Assembly (NCBI RefSeq): GCF_006345805.1
Contig: NW_021823561.1
Location: forward strand, 1 to 22,913
Length of the DNA stretch: 22,913 nt
Reading direction: 5' to 3'
From: Octopus sinensis
Taxonomy: Eukaryota
Positions within the stretch are counted from its first letter, which is position 1. Every line of letters starts with the position of its first letter. Under the pieces are notes generated by a model that had not been told where the DNA came from, made no database searches, and worked only from the letters and a program-made list of their open reading frames with translations. This document shows positions 19,750 through 22,913 of this stretch, piece after piece. Made by a program: the position numbers and the translations under genes.

Positions 19750-20299
19750 TTAAAATAGGAAGCTTGTCACAAGAATCACAAGAACTGGGAGTGGACTAAT
19801 GTGTGTTTGTATTAAAAAGGTTAAATTGAAAAAGGATGATGAAACCTTGTTGGAGAGGTGATGCGTGGGTATGAGGCATGTAACTGTTTGTCTACATGAC
19901 AAGTGAGACCTGCATAACTCCACAGTTTGAATGGTGCTTATGAAGATCCTGAGATTGATACTAATCAGTCAATCCAGTAGATGGGGCCTCACAAGAGTTA
20001 GGGGCCCAGTGCACTATAAAGTTGTTGAAAGGAAGGCCCTCCAAATGGTGAATATTCTCTTCTGATGACCCCTGAAACCTACTGGTATCTGGTATGTGGA
20101 ATTTTTGACTGAATGCACTTGAACAAGCAAGCTGTTTCCAATTCTTCAAAAGAACATCAAAAACATAAAATATTGATTGTTACAAGTTCGGTATAAAAAG
20201 GAATTTATTAAAACAATTCATCATACATTCTTATGTGCAGTAGAATGAATGTCACAGAAATACAGTATCAGCATGTGTGTGTGCTTGACAGTATGTGGC

Positions 20300-20372
20300 T
20301 TGGGGTCGATGTAATCGACTTAATACCTATGTCTGTCCTTGTTTGTCCCCTTGTGGGTAATAAAGAAATAGG
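20300..20372 (+). mobile_element. 3' fragment of SINE family 1
   Basis: ggggtcgatgtaatcgacttaatacc...tgtccccttgtgggtaataaagaaata matches the tail of 1397-1630. Confidence 0.7.
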
Positions 20373-20911
20373 TATGTGGTTTGGTGTTTGGGTATTGGAC
20401 TCATGGTTTGATTATTTCATGTTGCTCTGGTTTATTCAACTGAAAATGAGCACCGAGTGCTGATGCAGCTCTCTTTCCCTCTAGCAGTTACAATCTTGAT
20501 GTGTTGGCAGGTCAAAGGTTAAAAGGCTTGCAAGGGTGTTTGTGTCTGATTGTAACTACATAAGTACTTAAAAAATTAATGAAAGCAAGGTATATACTAG
20601 CATCATTCATAAATAAGCATTACAAGTATACTCTTTTCAGGGCCTCTGAGACTGGTAAGAAGAAAACAGGAAGTTCTGCAGAGCCTTAGACCTGGTGAGA
20701 ATGCTTGCAATAAAGAGGGCTCCACTAAAAGCTGATGAGGACTAAATGGTAGTGTTAAACTTGGTGAGAGACTATATCTACTGAAATGAAGAAATACAGG
20801 AAGACAGACAATGAAAGCTTTGGGGAAAATAATAACAGCCACAAAAAGACTTTATCAGCAAAACATGTTCTGTGATTAAAAGGTATGGTATCATAAAAGA
20901 TGCTATCAAAA

Positions 20912-21042
20912 AGGCATGGCTGTGTGGTTACGAAGATTGCCTTGTTACTCTATGGTTTTGGGTTCAGTTTCATTGTGTAGTACTTTGGACAAATGTCTTC
21001 TACTTAAAGCCCTGAGCTGACCAATGCCTAGTAAGTGAAATG
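20912..21042 (+). mobile_element. Decayed 5' part of SINE family 2
   Basis: ggcatggctgtgtggtta...gggttcagtt...ctttggacaaatgtcttctac. Confidence 0.6.
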
Positions 21043-21183
21043 TATTTTTTGAAGCGTCAAAATTTCCATCATAAAACTATGACCTGGCTACAAACAGTTC
21101 CACTGCAACAAAAAAATTTGATAAACATGTTCTGGTATGTCTTAACCAAAAGCCTTATTAATAAAACATATAGTGTAAATAGT

Positions 21184-21347
21184 GGAGTGGCTGTGTGGTA
21201 GGTAGCTTGCTTACCAAGCACATGGTTCCGGGTTCAGTCACACTGCGTGGCACCTTGGGCAAGTGTCTTCTGCTATAGCCTCAGGCCAACCAAAGCCTGT
21301 GAGTGGATTTGGTAGACGAAACTGAAAGAAGCCGTCATATATATATA

Positions 21348-21399
<52 letters not shown>

Positions 21400-21599
21400 A
21401 TATGTTTGTGTTTGTCCTCCCAACATTGCTTGACAACCAATGCAGGTGTGTTTACATCCCCGTAACTTAGCGGCTCGGCAAAAGAGACTGATAGAATAAG
21501 TACTAGGCTTCCAAAGAATAAGTCCTGGAGTTGATTTGCTCGACGAAAAGGCAGTGCTCTAGCATGGCCACAGTCAAATGATTGAAACAAGTAAAAGAG
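21184..21599 (+). mobile_element. Full-length SINE family 2 with internal (TA)n
   Basis: Head ggagtggctgtgtggtaggtagc, B box, caccttgggcaagtgtcttc, (TA)n at ~21337-21388, tail ...agcatggccacagtcaaatgattgaaacaagtaaaagagt. Confidence 0.9.
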
Positions 21600-22228
21600 T
21601 GTCACAAATGGCTATCTATAAAAGTGAGGAAAAGAGTCCTTGGGGGCATGCACAGAAGCCGTCCTCACATATTGTTGAGAGACCAGGAATATCAACAAAC
21701 TAGGGCAAAAGCTAATTAGTACTGCACAGGTGTGTTTTCTTAGTAGTTATGTTGATGGCACTCTGTGCCAATAATGTGACAAACATCCAAGGTCTTTAGA
21801 CGAGCTAAAGAACAGCAAGCTCAGAAGTCTATGATGTTGAATAGATTAGATTTATTCCTTATGTAGAACAAGTTTGAAGTTTAAAAATAAAAGAGGAGGA
21901 AGTTGTCAGATTCATAACTTTTTCCTTAGGAAAGTAGTGACGTAAGCGAAGCAGCATACCTAATTCAGTGTAGGAACGAAACTGTAATTAAGGCCAATGA
22001 CTTGCAGTAATTTCTTTCACAGGTGTTTAAAATAGGAAAGCAGAACCTTTAGTAAACAACATTAGGCCCTTGTTTCCGTATCGGCACAACAAAAGCCACA
22101 ATGATGAGAAAGCCTCGACTAAATTTCACACTCAAATCACAGTCTGCTGCTTTCAAAGACATAGGCATTAGATAATGTAGGCCAGAGTACTCTGTATGTA
22201 AAATAAAATGACGATTATAACTTGAATA

Positions 22229-22748
22229 CCGTAAATCCTCGGGTATAGTCCGCCCTTGAGTATAATACGCAGGGGATTTTTAAGGAGCTGAACCTCTGAA
22301 AAACCTAAACCATGTGTATAATACGCACCCCTTCTCTAACTTGAGTCAAGGAGGTCTATATAACGTCTTTGGTTTGTAAAACTGTATACGGTAACGTCCT
22401 TTATTATTATTGTATATATAACAAAATGCAAACGTGTAGCATTTTTGTGCATTTTGTTTGTAGAAAATAAAGAAATAACTGTAATAACAGTAATAAAGTT
22501 TAATAAATGTTGCTTACTGCAAGTTATGGATTTTTTTTTATGACTTCATTGCTTTCAGGCTTAGCTTAGGGTATTTTCGCGCCCGACATCACAACATGCT
22601 TCTGAATAAACATTACCAGACAGCAAATAGAGACGTGGACATTTCTTAGAAAATAATTTTCATTTCTAACCTCGTACATAGTACGCACTAGGGATTTTGA
22701 CCTTTAAATTTTGGGAAAAAAATGCGGATTATACTAGAGGATTTACGG
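22229..22748. mobile_element. Tc2/pogo-like (TcMar) non-autonomous element, 520 bp
   Basis: 25-bp TIRs ccgtaaatcctcgggtatagtccgc vs ccgtaaatcctctagtataatccgc (22/25). TA TSD at 22227-28 and 22749-50. Confidence 0.85.
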
Positions 22749-22913
22749 TACCTTTGATCGTAAGACTGCTATTGTGCACCTGGTTGAAGGCTCGATGTAT
22801 GTTTGTATGTATTCAAACTCGCATTTGGGGTAGGAGAAAACAAAGCAATTAATTTATTTACATTTGTTCTAACTTCACAAAAGCTAATGGACCGCTCCAT
22901 TGCTGTTTTACCA

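Noticed and set aside
20083-20143. Minus-strand candidate exon IGNSLLVQVHSVKNSTYQIP
   Set aside because: Good acceptor and plausible donor, but all three frames are open and it is isolated. Insufficient to call.
20641-20694. + strand 54-nt candidate exon GPLRLVRRKQEVLQSLRP with strong splice sites
   Set aside because: Isolated. Its only frame-compatible partner (14369-14501) is likely SINE-derived. It needs RNA evidence.

Overview
AT-rich, repeat-dense eukaryotic DNA. The tRNA-derived SINE families and the (GAT)n-tailed RTE-type LINE fragments match repeats I recognise from octopus genomes, so an octopus or other coleoid cephalopod source is inferred, not proven. No long intact ORF exists. 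Most ORF-track entries are artefacts of repeats or microsatellites. Best-supported content: (1) a dead 1.23-kb Tc1/mariner element with TIRs, TA TSD and DD36E spacing (8094-9322); (2) a ~3.7-copy, ~540-bp near-identical tandem array (10806-12816) ending in a complete ~350-bp Helentron/HINE-like element (12692-13040), with each unit made of host flank + element left end + a 143-bp filler not seen elsewhere in the window; (3) five 5'-truncated RTE-like LINE 3' ends carrying a hairpin minisatellite and a terminal 14-bp palindrome; (4) several SINEs, TTAA piggyBac-like MITEs, a Tc2/pogo-like MITE, hAT remnants and a very decayed Penelope-like element; (5) a phase-compatible chain of minus-strand candidate exons at 1219-3091, probably the 3' end of an unidentified host gene, with a duplicated candidate terminal exon. 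Several close inverted repeat pairs could form dsRNA if transcribed. I found no evidence of a novel protein-coding system. The most unusual structure is the HINE-anchored tandem amplification. All translations and alignments were done by eye.
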